This document shows, piece by piece, positions 50,654-61,181 of a DNA stretch of 64,000 nt (positions are counted from its first letter, which is position 1; every line of letters starts with the position of its first letter). This stretch comes from Desulfomicrobium sp. (lineage in GTDB: Bacteria; Desulfobacterota; Desulfovibrionia; Desulfovibrionales; Desulfomicrobiaceae): positions 1,696,001-1,760,000 of the forward strand of contig JAXGMI010000001.1 of assembly GCA_040768745.1 (NCBI GenBank), in the 5' to 3' direction. A model generated the notes under the pieces. It saw only the letters and a list, made by a program, of their open reading frames with translations. It ran no database searches and was not told the DNA's origin. Both the position numbers and the translations under genes were made by a program.

Positions 50654-51961
50654 TCAAATATCTTGTATCTTGCAGATGTCGATGCGCATGTCTCGGGTTC
50701 TGGTCCAGGTTTCCAGTGCTTTCAGCGTGGCGGGATAGGGGTGGCCAATGGCGACTGCCAGACCGGTGCGGCGAGCCAGGGATTCGGCCTTTTGGAGTTG
50801 CAGGAGGATGGAATTCTCCTTCGGGGTGTTGTCCAGGAAGATGTGTCGCCGGAGATAGCGCATATGCAAGCGTTCAGAGATCTCGCGGACGCATCCTCCA
50901 GGGCCGGTCACGCTGTCCAGAAAGAATTTGCCGCGTCCCTTGAGATGGGAAAGGACGATGGTCATGGCCTGCTTGTCCCGCGTCAATCTGGAGCCCATGT
51001 GGTTGTTCACTCCATCCACCTCCGGCAGCCGGTTCAGGTTATCGACCAGCATCCGCTCCAGGGTGGCAGGGGACATGTTCGCGCGGAGCGTGCCAGGTCC
51101 GGAGTTGATCTTGGGGTAGCCTTCAGGTTCGCAGGGCAGATGCAGAAGCAGTTCGAGATTATTTTCCCGGCCGTGTTTGGCCACCTGCCTGGCCTTGGTG
51201 CTGTGCGGCAGGACCGAAAAGCTGACCGGAAAGGGGAGGTCCGCCAGACGCTTAGCCACATTCAGGCTTTCGCCCATGTCGTCGATCACAATGACTATTC
51301 TGGGGGCACGGGCCTCGGGCTTGATCGGTTCAGGTGGGATGGTCAGGGGGATGAATATGTGGTGGGTTGGTTCGCCCAGTACAGAGATTTCCAGGTCCCG
51401 CGGGTTATCGTTGACCGTGGCGAGGGTCGACTCCGGGGCAAGCAGGTGCAGGTTCCGCTTCAGTTCGGCGAGAAAGGGAAAAACATCCTGAGTCAGCCCG
51501 ATGGTCAGATTCTGATAAAAGAATTCCTGTCCGTCATGGAGGCGCGCTTCCACGGCCTTGTGCCGCATGGAATCACGGGGCTCGCCAAGAGCGGACAATG
51601 ATTCCAGGATTGCCATGTCGATCCTGCGGACCTTGGCCTCGAAATCGTACTTTTCGGCCTCGTAGACGAGGGGCGGAGTTCCCGCGTCCGATGGCTGCAC
51701 GGGTTGTTGCGTCTGAGCCGGGGGGGACGGAGGATGCGGTGGGCTTGCGTTTTCTGGGCCAGGGACTGCCTGTGGGGGGGGCGAGACAGGAGTCTGGACC
51801 GGGCTCTCCGCTTTGGGGGGAGTCGTCGCGGACTGGTGCATGAAGACAAAAAGTGTCAGTCCACCCAACAGGATGATCGCGATCCAGGCCAGAGCCCGGA
51901 ACAGGGATATCCTCGGAAATCCAGAGGAGGATCTCCTTTTTGTATGTTTTTTCGGCGGCAT
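50654..51961 (-). CDS. Divergent polysaccharide deacetylase family (YibQ-like)
   Basis: IVIDDMG, HLPCEP, GVNNHMGS, FFLDSVT, AIGHP; N-terminal TM helix and Pro-rich linker. Confidence 0.88.
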   Translation of the reverse strand: MPPKKHTKRRSSSGFPRISLFRALAWIAIILLGGLTLFVFMHQSATTPPKAESPVQTPVSPPPQAVPGPENASPPHPPSPPAQTQQPVQPSDAGTPPLVYEAEKYDFEAKVRRIDMAILESLSALGEPRDSMRHKAVEARLHDGQEFFYQNLTIGLTQDVFPFLAELKRNLHLLAPESTLATVNDNPRDLEISVLGEPTHHIFIPLTIPPEPIKPEARAPRIVIVIDDMGESLNVAKRLADLPFPVSFSVLPHSTKARQVAKHGRENNLELLLHLPCEPEGYPKINSGPGTLRANMSPATLERMLVDNLNRLPEVDGVNNHMGSRLTRDKQAMTIVLSHLKGRGKFFLDSVTGPGGCVREISERLHMRYLRRHIFLDNTPKENSILLQLQKAESLARRTGLAVAIGHPYPATLKALETWTRTRDMRIDICKIQDI

Positions 51962-52004
51962 GGCATCAGGCTGCCGGGACGGCCCAGGCCGTCCCGGTCA
52001 TGAT

Positions 52005-53273
52005 TCAGTTGGAAATCTGCATGAAGCGGGGCAGGGATTTGACAAGGCTCAAGCCCATGCGGAGCTGATTGTCCTTGGCCAGAATCTCCTTGGCGTCCTC
52101 GGTCTTGATTGCGGCCGAAAAATCTCCGTTGGGGTTGTCGAGATGCTTGGACAGGTTGGCCTCCCGGAAGTTCGCCTTGTCCCCCTCTTCCGTGGGGGGG
52201 ACGAAGGGGATGTCCACGTCGGGTTCAATGCCTTCGGCCTGGATGGAGCGTCCGTTGGGTGTGTAGTAAAGGGCAATAGTCAGTTTGACCGCGGAGCCGT
52301 CGGACAGCGGCATGATGGTCTGGACCGAGCCCTTGCCGAAGGTCCGCTCGCCAATTAGAATGGCCCGTTTACGATCCTGCAGGGCCCCAGCCACGATTTC
52401 CGAGGCTGACGCAGAACCGGCATTGATAAGTACCACCACCGGGCAGTTCACGTCCGTGGCCTGTCTGCTGGCCGTTTCGTCTTTGCGGCTCTTGGGATCC
52501 CGCCCCTGGGTGTAGACGATGAGGCCATCCCGTAAAAACGTGTCGGTCACGGAGATGGCCTGATTCAATAACCCGCCTGGATTGTTGCGCAGGTCCAGGA
52601 CAATGCCTTTGAGTTCGGTGGATGTCGCGTATTCCTGCAACTTGCGATGCAGGTCTTCCGTGGTGTTTGCCTTGAAATCAGTCAGACGGACGTGCAGATA
52701 GCCGGGTTCGAGTTCCTTGGTCTTGACGCTGATGAGCGGAATCAGCCCGCGGATGATGGTCACCTTTTCAGGGGTCTGAGAGTCCTTATGCAGGATGGTC
52801 AGTGTCACGGGTTTGCCTTTGGGACCGCGGATCTTGGCCACAGCGTCTTCCAGGGATGTGTCCAGGGCAGATTCACCGTCAATCTCCACGATGATGTCGC
52901 CGGGCTTGAGCCCGGCCTTGTCTGCAGGCGTGTCCTCGATGGGCGCGATGACGGTCAGACGTTTGTCCCGCACCCCGATCTGGATGCCTATCCCACCGAA
53001 TTCGCCCTGGAATTCCTCCTGCATCATTTTGAATTTCTCCAGGTCGATGTAGGTGGAGTGGGGATCGATGGAGTTGAGCATGCCCTGGATGGCCCCATGG
53101 ATCAGATCGGTGCGATTCACTTCCTGCACGTAGTTTTTTTCAATCAGGTCGAGGACCTGGCTGAATTGTTTGAGAGCCTGAAATTGGTCCGTATCACGGG
53201 CTTGACTGGAAGAGACCGTGCCGCAAAGGCCGACCAGAAGAATCAGCGTGCCAAGAAGGCGACTAAGGCGCAT
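52005..53273 (-). CDS. ctpA: C-terminal processing protease, S41A family
   Basis: FGGIGI PDZ, DLRNNPGGLL, SASASEIVAGALQD, TFGKGSVQ; start MRLSRL. Confidence 0.92.
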   Translation of the reverse strand: MRLSRLLGTLILLVGLCGTVSSSQARDTDQFQALKQFSQVLDLIEKNYVQEVNRTDLIHGAIQGMLNSIDPHSTYIDLEKFKMMQEEFQGEFGGIGIQIGVRDKRLTVIAPIEDTPADKAGLKPGDIIVEIDGESALDTSLEDAVAKIRGPKGKPVTLTILHKDSQTPEKVTIIRGLIPLISVKTKELEPGYLHVRLTDFKANTTEDLHRKLQEYATSTELKGIVLDLRNNPGGLLNQAISVTDTFLRDGLIVYTQGRDPKSRKDETASRQATDVNCPVVVLINAGSASASEIVAGALQDRKRAILIGERTFGKGSVQTIMPLSDGSAVKLTIALYYTPNGRSIQAEGIEPDVDIPFVPPTEEGDKANFREANLSKHLDNPNGDFSAAIKTEDAKEILAKDNQLRMGLSLVKSLPRFMQISN

Positions 53274-53370
53274 GATGTCCCCCCTTAGGGAATGACGTAA
53301 AGAATTAGATTTCACTTGAAAATTCCGGACTGCTCACAGTGCGGGAACTGGGCACCATGGTTTCCTCTTC

Positions 53371-54492
53371 CTAGCCCGATTGTAACCATTTCAGCGGATT
53401 AATGGCTTTCTGCTTAAAACGCAATTCGAAATACAGCCCGTCACCCTTGGCCGGTGGATAGTATCCGCAGACTCCGATCTGCTGCCCGCGTTCCACTTCC
53501 TTGCCGACCGGAAGCGGCGCATCGGACAGGAAGGCATAAAGCGAGTAGTAGTCCTCGCCATGGAAAACGATGACCACTTGGCCAAAGCCGCGCAATTGGT
53601 CGTTGTGTACGACCTTGCCCCACGAGATGCTGCGTACGGGCGCGCCTGGTGTCAGGGACAGGCCAATGCCGTTGCTCCCAGGCTTGGCATCCGGAGCAAA
53701 GGGGACGATGGTCCGGCCTTTGGCAGGCCAACTGAGTTGACCCTGAAGTTTGGAGATCTGCCGCGATGCCTGCAGGCTGATCTGGTGGCGCAGACTGGCA
53801 ATGGTCCCCAGGAGGTTCCGGATCTCCCGTTCACTCTGGACCTTTTGGGAGCGGACCTCCTTGATCTGGCTGTCATACTGCTTTTTTTTCTTTTCCAGGT
53901 CAGTTCGCGTGGCCTTGGCATTTTCCATCTGGGCCGCGACATTGGCCGCGATCTGGTCCAGGGCTGACTGCTGGTCAGCCACCTCCTGGGTCTGGCGCTC
54001 GATGTCCCCCCGTATCCGCTGGGCCTCCCGGTACATGGACGCGAGCCATTCCCCTTTGCGGTCGTTCAGGGACCATTGCTCGGGTGCAGCGACGCCTTCC
54101 TCTCTGGCCTTGAGATAGATGGGCCACAGGGTCTGCAGAAGCTCTTCCAATTGCCTGCCGGTTTTCTCGCGCTCTGCCAACAGCAGGTTCAGATGCTTGG
54201 CGGTCTCGACCTGCTTCGCCCTGAGTTGGGTCAGTTCCGTCTCCTGCCGCTGCAGGGTTGCGGTTGCTTCCTGGACTGAAGTTTCCAACTGCACCAAGTT
54301 CTTGTGTAATCGGCGTTCCTCGTCGGTCAGGGCCTGGATCTGACGTTTCTGTTCCGCCAGCTCTTTGTTTTTGCGGGCCACTTCCTCTTCCAACGAAGCC
54401 GAGGAAGGTCCTGCGCCAAGAATCAGGCCGGCCAGCATGATCAGGCAGAGACCGCAAAAGTGAACGATGGAGCGGGGCGAGGGGCTGCGCAT
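53371..54492 (-). CDS. envC: EnvC-like murein hydrolase activator (degenerate M23)
   Basis: Signal/TM, long coiled coil, L.WP..G, G.VV, YSLYA, LYFELR, NP..WL; envC-ctpA-yibQ order. Confidence 0.8.
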   Translation of the reverse strand: MRSPSPRSIVHFCGLCLIMLAGLILGAGPSSASLEEEVARKNKELAEQKRQIQALTDEERRLHKNLVQLETSVQEATATLQRQETELTQLRAKQVETAKHLNLLLAEREKTGRQLEELLQTLWPIYLKAREEGVAAPEQWSLNDRKGEWLASMYREAQRIRGDIERQTQEVADQQSALDQIAANVAAQMENAKATRTDLEKKKKQYDSQIKEVRSQKVQSEREIRNLLGTIASLRHQISLQASRQISKLQGQLSWPAKGRTIVPFAPDAKPGSNGIGLSLTPGAPVRSISWGKVVHNDQLRGFGQVVIVFHGEDYYSLYAFLSDAPLPVGKEVERGQQIGVCGYYPPAKGDGLYFELRFKQKAINPLKWLQSG

Positions 54493-54538
54493 GGGTTGGG
54501 GATGATGTTTTTTGCAGCCCAGGTCAAGAGGCCGCATG

Positions 54539-55189
54539 CTAACCCAGAAAGCGGGACAGGGGACAGGAGGGGCATTTCCCTTCTTTTCTGGCGCACCATG
54601 CCTTGCCGACTCGAACGATGAGGGCGTGGAATTCGTTGAACAGCGCGGCATCCGCCGGGAGCGCATCCATGAAGAAGTCCCGCAGCTCGTCATATCCGAT
54701 GTCCTCGGGAACAAGGGAATGCCGGTTCAGGATGCGCTTGGTGTAGGCATCCACCACAAAGGATGGGAGGCCCAGGGCGTAGAGCAGGATGGAATCGGCC
54801 GTTTCGGGTCCGATGCCCTGAACTTGGAGCAGCCGGTCGCGTAATGAGGCCATGTCCTCATGACGGAGCCGGTCCAGGTCCATGGCGCAGGACACGGACA
54901 GGAAGTCGAGAAAGTGCCGGATGCGCTGGGCCTTCAGTCTGAAGAATCCAGACGGGCGGATCAATTCCTCCAGCCTGTCTAGGGGTAAGGCATAAAGGGC
55001 TTCTGCCTCCAGAAGGTCGGCCTGTCGCAGGTTGGCAATGGCCTTCTCGACGTTGGCCCAGGCAGTGTTCTGGGTCAGGATGGCGCCCAGCATGATTTCG
55101 AAGGTGGTCTGGCCCGGCCACCACTGGCTCGGCCCCAGTTCCTCCAGCATGGCCGCATGATAGCGCATGAGGAGGTCTTGGCGCTTCAT
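54539..55189 (-). CDS. Endonuclease III-related HhH-GPD protein
   Basis: WWP, GAILTQNTAW, IRPSGF, GIGPETADSILLYA, VVDAYT, FHALIV. Confidence 0.85.
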   Translation of the reverse strand: MKRQDLLMRYHAAMLEELGPSQWWPGQTTFEIMLGAILTQNTAWANVEKAIANLRQADLLEAEALYALPLDRLEELIRPSGFFRLKAQRIRHFLDFLSVSCAMDLDRLRHEDMASLRDRLLQVQGIGPETADSILLYALGLPSFVVDAYTKRILNRHSLVPEDIGYDELRDFFMDALPADAALFNEFHALIVRVGKAWCARKEGKCPSCPLSRFLG

Positions 55190-56040
55190 GTCCGAAAGAC
55201 GAGCAGGGCCCATTCGCCCGAGAACGAGATGTCGGGGGCGGAGAGCCCCTGGACCGTATAGGCAGAGGCGACGCGGTCGGCCTGCTCGCGCAGGATGCCC
55301 GAGAGGACGAGAACGCCGGGGGAGGCCAGGCGGGCGGCGATGTCCTCGGCCAGGTCGATGAGGGGGTTGGCCAGGATGTTGGCCAGGATGCAGTCGAAAC
55401 GCCGTCCGGGGGCAACGGCGTCGATGCTCCCGGCGTCGAGTTCGAGCCGGTCCTCCACGGAGTTCAGGGCCGCGTTCTCGCGGGCGTTGTCCACGGCCAC
55501 GGGGTCGATGTCCAGGCCCAGCCCGGAGAGGCCCAGCTTGGCGGCGGCGATGCCGAGGATTCCCGAGCCCGTACCCAGGTCCAGAAAGGACTGACCAGGG
55601 AGGATGACTCCCTCAGACGACAGTCGGTCCAGGGCGCCCAGGCACAGGGCCGTGGTCTGGTGGTGCCCCGTACCGAAGGCCATTTTGGGTTCGATGACAA
55701 TGGGCTGCGCGCCCTGCGGCTCATCCCTGAGCCAGGACGGCACGACCACGAAGCGAGATCCGATGGGGATGGGCGTGAAATACTTCTTCCAGGCGCTGCC
55801 CCAGTCGGCGTTGTCCTCGGAAGAGGTTTGCAGGACGATTGCCGGACAGGCGTCCAGCAGAGCGGCCTCGGTTTCGGCCGACTGCTCGGGCCGGCCGAAG
55901 TGCACGGTCAGCCGACGCAGGCCGTCCCGCAGCCCGTTGTCCTGCCAGCCCCACGGCGTATGCAGGTAGAGGGTCGCGGTGACGGTGTCATCCAACTCGG
56001 GGTCGAAGGAGATGTCGAGGCGGGTGAGCTTATTTTCCAT
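55186..56040 (-). CDS. prmA: Ribosomal protein L11 methyltransferase
   Basis: WKKYFTP, MAFGTGHHQTT, LDLGTGSGIL, ANILA, LSGIL. Confidence 0.93.
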   Translation of the reverse strand: MENKLTRLDISFDPELDDTVTATLYLHTPWGWQDNGLRDGLRRLTVHFGRPEQSAETEAALLDACPAIVLQTSSEDNADWGSAWKKYFTPIPIGSRFVVVPSWLRDEPQGAQPIVIEPKMAFGTGHHQTTALCLGALDRLSSEGVILPGQSFLDLGTGSGILGIAAAKLGLSGLGLDIDPVAVDNARENAALNSVEDRLELDAGSIDAVAPGRRFDCILANILANPLIDLAEDIAARLASPGVLVLSGILREQADRVASAYTVQGLSAPDISFSGEWALLVFRT

Positions 56041-56767
56041 CAGTTCTGGCCTGATAGCGGGACATGGTCCGTTCGAGCCTGCGGCTGAAGGCCGTCAGCA
56101 CCCAGCAGATGATGAAATACAGGAGCGCGATGGCCAGGAAGATCTCCATCGGCGCTTTCATGGTCCGCGTGTAGATATGCCGGGCCGAGAGGGTCAACTC
56201 GTTGACGTTGATGATCATGGCCAGGGACGTGTCCTTGGTCAGGGACACGAACTGATTGACGAAGGATGGAATCATGTTCCGCAAGGCCTGGGGCAGGATG
56301 ATATGCACCATGGTCTGGGTGTGGGACAGGCCCGATCCGCGGGCGGCCTCGGTCTGTCCCTTGGGAATGGCCAGGACGCCGGCACGAACGATCTCGGCTA
56401 CATAGGCGCCGGTGAAGACGATGAAGGCCGCGATGGCGCTCTCGGTCTCGGGCACGGCGTGGCCCATGAGGATGGGGGCGAAAAAATAAAACCAGAAGAT
56501 GACCATCAGGAGCGGCGTGCCACGGATGACCTCGATGTAGAAAAGCGCCGGCCAGGACATCCAACGCCGCCTGGACAGGCGCATGAGGCCGGCGGCCAGA
56601 CCGATCCAGAAAGCGCCGAAAATGCCAACCACGGCCATGATGATACTCATGGCCAAGCCTCCCAGGGGGCCCTGGGGGTAGGCGCCGAAGAGCAGGTAGT
56701 CGAAATTTTTCCAGACCACACCCCAGTTGGAGAAGAGGCCGACAAACCAAGTCACGAACCCGTCCAT
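56030..56767 (-). CDS. Polar amino acid ABC transporter permease
   Basis: RGTPLL, AYVAEIVRAG, GQTEAA, ILPQA, KDTSL. Confidence 0.92.
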   Translation of the reverse strand: MDGFVTWFVGLFSNWGVVWKNFDYLLFGAYPQGPLGGLAMSIIMAVVGIFGAFWIGLAAGLMRLSRRRWMSWPALFYIEVIRGTPLLMVIFWFYFFAPILMGHAVPETESAIAAFIVFTGAYVAEIVRAGVLAIPKGQTEAARGSGLSHTQTMVHIILPQALRNMIPSFVNQFVSLTKDTSLAMIINVNELTLSARHIYTRTMKAPMEIFLAIALLYFIICWVLTAFSRRLERTMSRYQARTDGK

Positions 56768-56776
56768 GTCTCTCTC

Positions 56777-57478
56777 CTACTGGCTGCGCATGTGCAGGCA
56801 GCGTTTGTTGTACTGGTTGATGGCCAGGGAAATCAGGAGGGACAGGGACAGGTACATCAGCGTCGAGACGGTGAAGGCCTCGAAACCGTGGAAGGTGTGC
56901 GCCTCGACCTGGCGGGCCATGTAGGTCAGCTCCATGACTCCGATGGTCATGGCCAGGGAGGAGTTCTTGATGAGGTTGAGGAACTGGCTGATGAGCGGCG
57001 GGATGATGATCCGGAAGGCCTGGGGCAGGATGACGTAGCCCATGGCCTGCAGGAAGGTCAGACCCGTGGCCCGGGAGGCCTCCAGCTGGGTCTTGGGGAT
57101 GGACAGGATGCCCGAGCGCAGTTCCTCGGCGATAAAGGCCGCGGTATAGGTGGACAAGGCGATGACCCCGGTGGCGAATTCGATGTTCTGCCTGTACAGC
57201 CATTCCTTGAAGAAGCCCGGCAGGATGGGGTCCGATCCGAAGTACCAGAAGAAAATCTGGACCACCAGGGGCGTGTTGCGGAAGAATTCGATATAGCCCA
57301 CCGAGAACCAGACCAGGGGTTTGACCCTGGACATGCGCAGGACCGTGAGCAGCGTGCCAATGAGCAGGGCCAGGACGACGGACAGCCCTGAGATCTGCAG
57401 GGTCACGGACAGTCCGTCGATGAACCATTGCGAGTATTCGCCGGAAAAGATGAGTGGCCAGTTGAACTTGTAATTCAT
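56777..57478 (-). CDS. Polar amino acid ABC transporter permease
   Basis: RNTPLVVQ, AEELRSGI, QLEAS, ILPQA, KNSSL. Confidence 0.92.
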   Translation of the reverse strand: MNYKFNWPLIFSGEYSQWFIDGLSVTLQISGLSVVLALLIGTLLTVLRMSRVKPLVWFSVGYIEFFRNTPLVVQIFFWYFGSDPILPGFFKEWLYRQNIEFATGVIALSTYTAAFIAEELRSGILSIPKTQLEASRATGLTFLQAMGYVILPQAFRIIIPPLISQFLNLIKNSSLAMTIGVMELTYMARQVEAHTFHGFEAFTVSTLMYLSLSLLISLAINQYNKRCLHMRSQ

Positions 57479-57556
57479 GCGCGCCTGTGCGGGTCTCGGA
57501 GTGCTCGTGGGCAGGCGGCCGCCCCCCGGGGAGCGGCCGTCTTGTCGGATTGCTGT

Positions 57557-58381
57557 TTAGGGCCAGACTTCCATGGTCCAGTCATTCAGCGGAAGGTAGA
57601 ATTTGGTCTTCTCGCCGAACCACTTGTCGTACAGCTTCTGATATTCGCCGGACTTCCACATCTCCATGAGGGTGATGTTGACGAAGTCGCGGAAATCGGA
57701 GTCGTTCTCGGGCAGGCCGATGCCGTAGGGTTCGGCCGCGATGTGATCACCGACAATGGCGAAGTTGTCGGGATTCTCGTCGGAGTTGCGGATGCCGAGC
57801 AGGATGGGGGCGTCGGTGGTCACGGCCACGACCTTGCCCTGCTTCATGGCCAGGAAGGCCTCGGGGTAGGTTTCGAAGGAAACGACTTCGCAGGCGGGCT
57901 GGGCCTTTTTGATGTTCTGCTCGGAGGTGGAACCCTTGGCCGAGCCGACCTTCTTGCCGGCCAGATCGGCCACGGACTTGATGCCCGAGTCCTTCTTGAC
58001 CAGGAGCTTCTGGGTGGCCGGGAAATACGTGATGGAGAAGTCGATCTTTTCCTCGCGGTCGATCTTGTGGGTGACCGTGGCGGCGATGAGGTCGATGGCG
58101 CCCTGATCCAGCATGGGGATGCGGGTGGCGGAGGTCACGGGCTTGAGCTCGAGCTTCACGCCGAGCTTGGCGGCCAGGGCCGCGCAAAGGTCGGGCTCCA
58201 GGCCGACGATCTGCCGCGTGGCCTCGTCCACGTAGCCGAAGGGCGGCTGGGAGTCCTTGACGCCGGCTATCAGCGTCCCGCGGGCCTTGATGTCGTCCAG
58301 TTTGCCGGCGAATGCTCCGGGTAGGCTTAGGAAGAATGATGCGACGAGCATCAACAATGCCGCTTTCCACACTTTCTTCAT
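57557..58381 (-). CDS. Polar amino acid ABC transporter substrate-binding protein (Glu/Asp-like)
   Basis: Signal peptide; LDDIKARGTL, PPFG, RIPML, IDFS, EPYGIG, YDKWFG. Confidence 0.9.
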   Translation of the reverse strand: MKKVWKAALLMLVASFFLSLPGAFAGKLDDIKARGTLIAGVKDSQPPFGYVDEATRQIVGLEPDLCAALAAKLGVKLELKPVTSATRIPMLDQGAIDLIAATVTHKIDREEKIDFSITYFPATQKLLVKKDSGIKSVADLAGKKVGSAKGSTSEQNIKKAQPACEVVSFETYPEAFLAMKQGKVVAVTTDAPILLGIRNSDENPDNFAIVGDHIAAEPYGIGLPENDSDFRDFVNITLMEMWKSGEYQKLYDKWFGEKTKFYLPLNDWTMEVWP

Positions 58382-58412
58382 GACGATCTCCTCACGTTGC
58401 AGGTTTATGGGA

Positions 58413-59141
58413 CTAGAGAATCTCTCTCAGGAAGGCCTTGGTCCGTTCATGCTCCGGATTGGTGAAGAAATGTTCCGGGGTGCCACGCTCCAGGATCTCG
58501 CCGTGATCCATGAAGATGACCCTGTCGGCCACCTCGCGGGCGAAGCCCATTTCGTGGGTCACGCAGAGCATGGTCATGCCCTCGCGGGCCAGATTCTTCA
58601 TGACGTTCAGGACCTCGTTGATCATTTCCGGGTCCAGGGCCGAGGTGGGCTCGTCGAACAGCATGACCTGGGGCTGCATGGCCAGGGCCCGGGCAATGGC
58701 CACGCGCTGTTGCTGGCCGCCCGACAGTTCCACGGGGTACTTGTGGGCCTGGTTGCCGATGCCCACCCGTTCCAACAGGCGCAGAGCCGTCTTTTCGGCT
58801 TCGCCGCGGGAGACCTTTTTGACCTTCATGGGAGCCAAAGTGATGTTCTTCAGCACTGTCAGGTGAGGATAGAGGTTGAATTGCTGGAATACGATGCCGA
58901 TTTCGGCGCGCAGGGCGTTTAGATCCTGGGTTTTGTCCGTGACGTTCCGCCCGTTGATGATGATTTCGCCGTTGTTCACGTCCTCGAGGCGATTCACACA
59001 GCGCACGAGGGTGGACTTGCCGGAGCCGCTGGGGCCGCAGATGACCAGTACCTCTCCCTTCTCGACGGTCTCGTTGATGTTCTTGAGGACGTGAAAATCG
59101 CCGAACCATTTGTTGACATTGCGGAATTCGATCATGGGCAT
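58413..59141 (-). CDS. Polar amino acid ABC transporter ATP-binding protein
   Basis: [36 protein letters not shown]; start 59141 or 59135. Confidence 0.93.
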   Translation of the reverse strand: MPMIEFRNVNKWFGDFHVLKNINETVEKGEVLVICGPSGSGKSTLVRCVNRLEDVNNGEIIINGRNVTDKTQDLNALRAEIGIVFQQFNLYPHLTVLKNITLAPMKVKKVSRGEAEKTALRLLERVGIGNQAHKYPVELSGGQQQRVAIARALAMQPQVMLFDEPTSALDPEMINEVLNVMKNLAREGMTMLCVTHEMGFAREVADRVIFMDHGEILERGTPEHFFTNPEHERTKAFLREIL

Positions 59142-59353
59142 GCGGGGATCCTGTCTCGAATATGGTTGATGCTGTGTGACGATGCCCAGGGGCAACAATG
59201 GAGCAAAATCATTATTGGGCCATGGCGTTTTTGTCAAATCAGCCACATCTGCGGGGTTTGCTGCATTTTTGAGCATGTTCCCAGCTCTGCCGGACTGGCA
59301 GTGCATGCTGAAATATCATGCAGTTGTGGGCGGGCAAAGGTGCGTCAAGGAAG

Positions 59354-59385
59354 AAAAAGGCCGAGGGGGCGAAGCCCCTCGGCCT
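59354..59385 (-). terminator. Intrinsic terminator after argD
   Basis: AGGCCGAGGGG-GCGAAG-CCCCTCGGCCT with an A-run on the left. Confidence 0.75.
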
Positions 59386-59406
59386 GCAAAGTGACAATTT
59401 TGGGAA

Positions 59407-60600
59407 TCAGGATTCAGCCAGGGTGGATTCCAGGGCCGATACGAAGGCGTTCAGCTCCTCCTCGGTGATGATCAGGGGAGGGAGCAGGCGCAAGACCGTG
59501 TCCTGAGTCAGGTTGAGGACAAAGCCCCTGTCGAGCAGGGATTTCCAGACCTCTGCTCCGGGGCGGGTAAGTTCGATGCCGATCATCAGCCCGTGCACGC
59601 GCACGTCGGCGATGCGCTCCGGAAACTTCTTCCAAACGGCCGCAAGTCTTCCCTGCAGGTGCTCGCCCATGCGGGATGCGTATCCACAGAGATCATCCCG
59701 CTCGATGATGTCGATGACCTTGGCCGCCACGGCGGCGATCAGGGGGTTGCCGCCAAAGGTCGTGCCATGGCTGCCGGGAGGGAAGCCTTTGGCCACCTCC
59801 TCGGAGCACATGACCGCGCCTATGGGGAGTCCGCCGGCCAGGCCTTTGGCCACTGTGACGATGTCGGGCCGCAGATCCAGATGCTGGTGTGCCCAGAATT
59901 TGCCGGTGCGGCCCACGCCTGTCTGGATCTCGTCAACGATCAACAGCACTCCCCGCTTGGCGCAGAGTTCGGCCAGGTCGCGGGCGTACTCGTCGGGCAG
60001 GGGCCTGACCCCGCCTTCGCCCTGGATCATTTCGACCAGTACGGCAGCGGTGCGGTCAGTGATGGCCGCCTTCATGTCCTCCATATTCCCGAAGGGCACG
60101 GTGACGAAGCCTGCGGGCAAGGGGCCGAAATTTTTTTTGATCTTGTCCTGGCCTGTGGCGGTCAGGGTGGCCAGGGTCCGGCCGTGAAAGGATCCGCCCA
60201 GACTGATGATCTCATAGCGATCTTCGCCCCGGCCTTCACGCATGTAGCGCCGGACCAGCTTGATGGCGCCTTCATTGGCTTCCGCCCCGGAATTGCAGAA
60301 AAAAACCCGATCGAGGTGCGTGGTGGCCAGAAGCTTACGGGCCAGAACGACCTGTTCTTCCTGGTAAAAGAGGTTGGAGACGTGGATGAGCTTTTGGGCC
60401 TGGGCCGCAATGGTCCGCACCAACTCCGGGTGGGCATGGCCGAGGCTGCAGACCGCGATCCCGGCCAGCAGATCCGTGTAAACCTGGCCTTCAGGGGAGA
60501 AGAGGCGGGTGCCTTCTCCGCGGCTGACGGCCAGAGGATAGCGGGCATAGGTTTGGCACAAGGTGGAGGCCTCTGCAGCCTTTATGTCAGCGCTGTTCAT
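59407..60600 (-). CDS. argD: Acetylornithine aminotransferase (class III)
   Basis: HVSNLF, NSGAEANE, FHGRT, DEIQTG, AKGLAGG, HGTTFGGNP. Confidence 0.9.
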   Translation of the reverse strand: MNSADIKAAEASTLCQTYARYPLAVSRGEGTRLFSPEGQVYTDLLAGIAVCSLGHAHPELVRTIAAQAQKLIHVSNLFYQEEQVVLARKLLATTHLDRVFFCNSGAEANEGAIKLVRRYMREGRGEDRYEIISLGGSFHGRTLATLTATGQDKIKKNFGPLPAGFVTVPFGNMEDMKAAITDRTAAVLVEMIQGEGGVRPLPDEYARDLAELCAKRGVLLIVDEIQTGVGRTGKFWAHQHLDLRPDIVTVAKGLAGGLPIGAVMCSEEVAKGFPPGSHGTTFGGNPLIAAVAAKVIDIIERDDLCGYASRMGEHLQGRLAAVWKKFPERIADVRVHGLMIGIELTRPGAEVWKSLLDRGFVLNLTQDTVLRLLPPLIITEEELNAFVSALESTLAES

Positions 60601-60627
60601 GATCTTTCTCCTTGAAAATGCGAGATG

Positions 60628-61101
60628 TTATTTCCCGGTATGGCCGAATCCGCCGGACCCACGGAAGGTGTCTGACAGTGTTTCCACGGGCTCAATCTCA
60701 GCCCGGAGTATGGGTTGGAAAACGAGTTGGGCAATGCGCTGGCCACGACGGACGGTGCGTATTTCCCTCGAGGTGTTGAGCAGGCTGACCATGATTTCCC
60801 CCCGGTAGTCAGGATCAATGACCCCCACTCCCTGACTGACCACAAGCCCTTCCTTTGTGCCGAGGCCGCTTCGGGCATAGACAAAACCAGCCACTCCCGG
60901 CATCGTGCACTCAACGGCAATGCCCGTAGGGAAGCGATGACGCCCGCCCGGCGCGATGTGTATCTCCTCTTCAGCCATGCAGGCCCGCAGATCGATGCCA
61001 GCGGAGTCTGGCGTGGCATAGGCGAACCGTTCCGGAGGGCAGAGCGGGGACAAAAATCGGACTTTGACGGGTATGGAGAGGGTTCCGGACCAAGGGGGCA
61101 T
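60628..61101 (-). CDS. dut: dUTP diphosphatase
   Basis: SAGIDL, ARSGLG, GVIDPDYRGE, RIAQL, RGSGGFGHTG. Confidence 0.95.
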   Translation of the reverse strand: MPPWSGTLSIPVKVRFLSPLCPPERFAYATPDSAGIDLRACMAEEEIHIAPGGRHRFPTGIAVECTMPGVAGFVYARSGLGTKEGLVVSQGVGVIDPDYRGEIMVSLLNTSREIRTVRRGQRIAQLVFQPILRAEIEPVETLSDTFRGSGGFGHTGK

Positions 61102-61181
61102 TTTTTCTCCTTGTCATGTTCGCTTCTGCTCGCGAGGCTGGTGTCGGGAATTGCCCGTGTTCATCCATTAAAGGGGGATTT

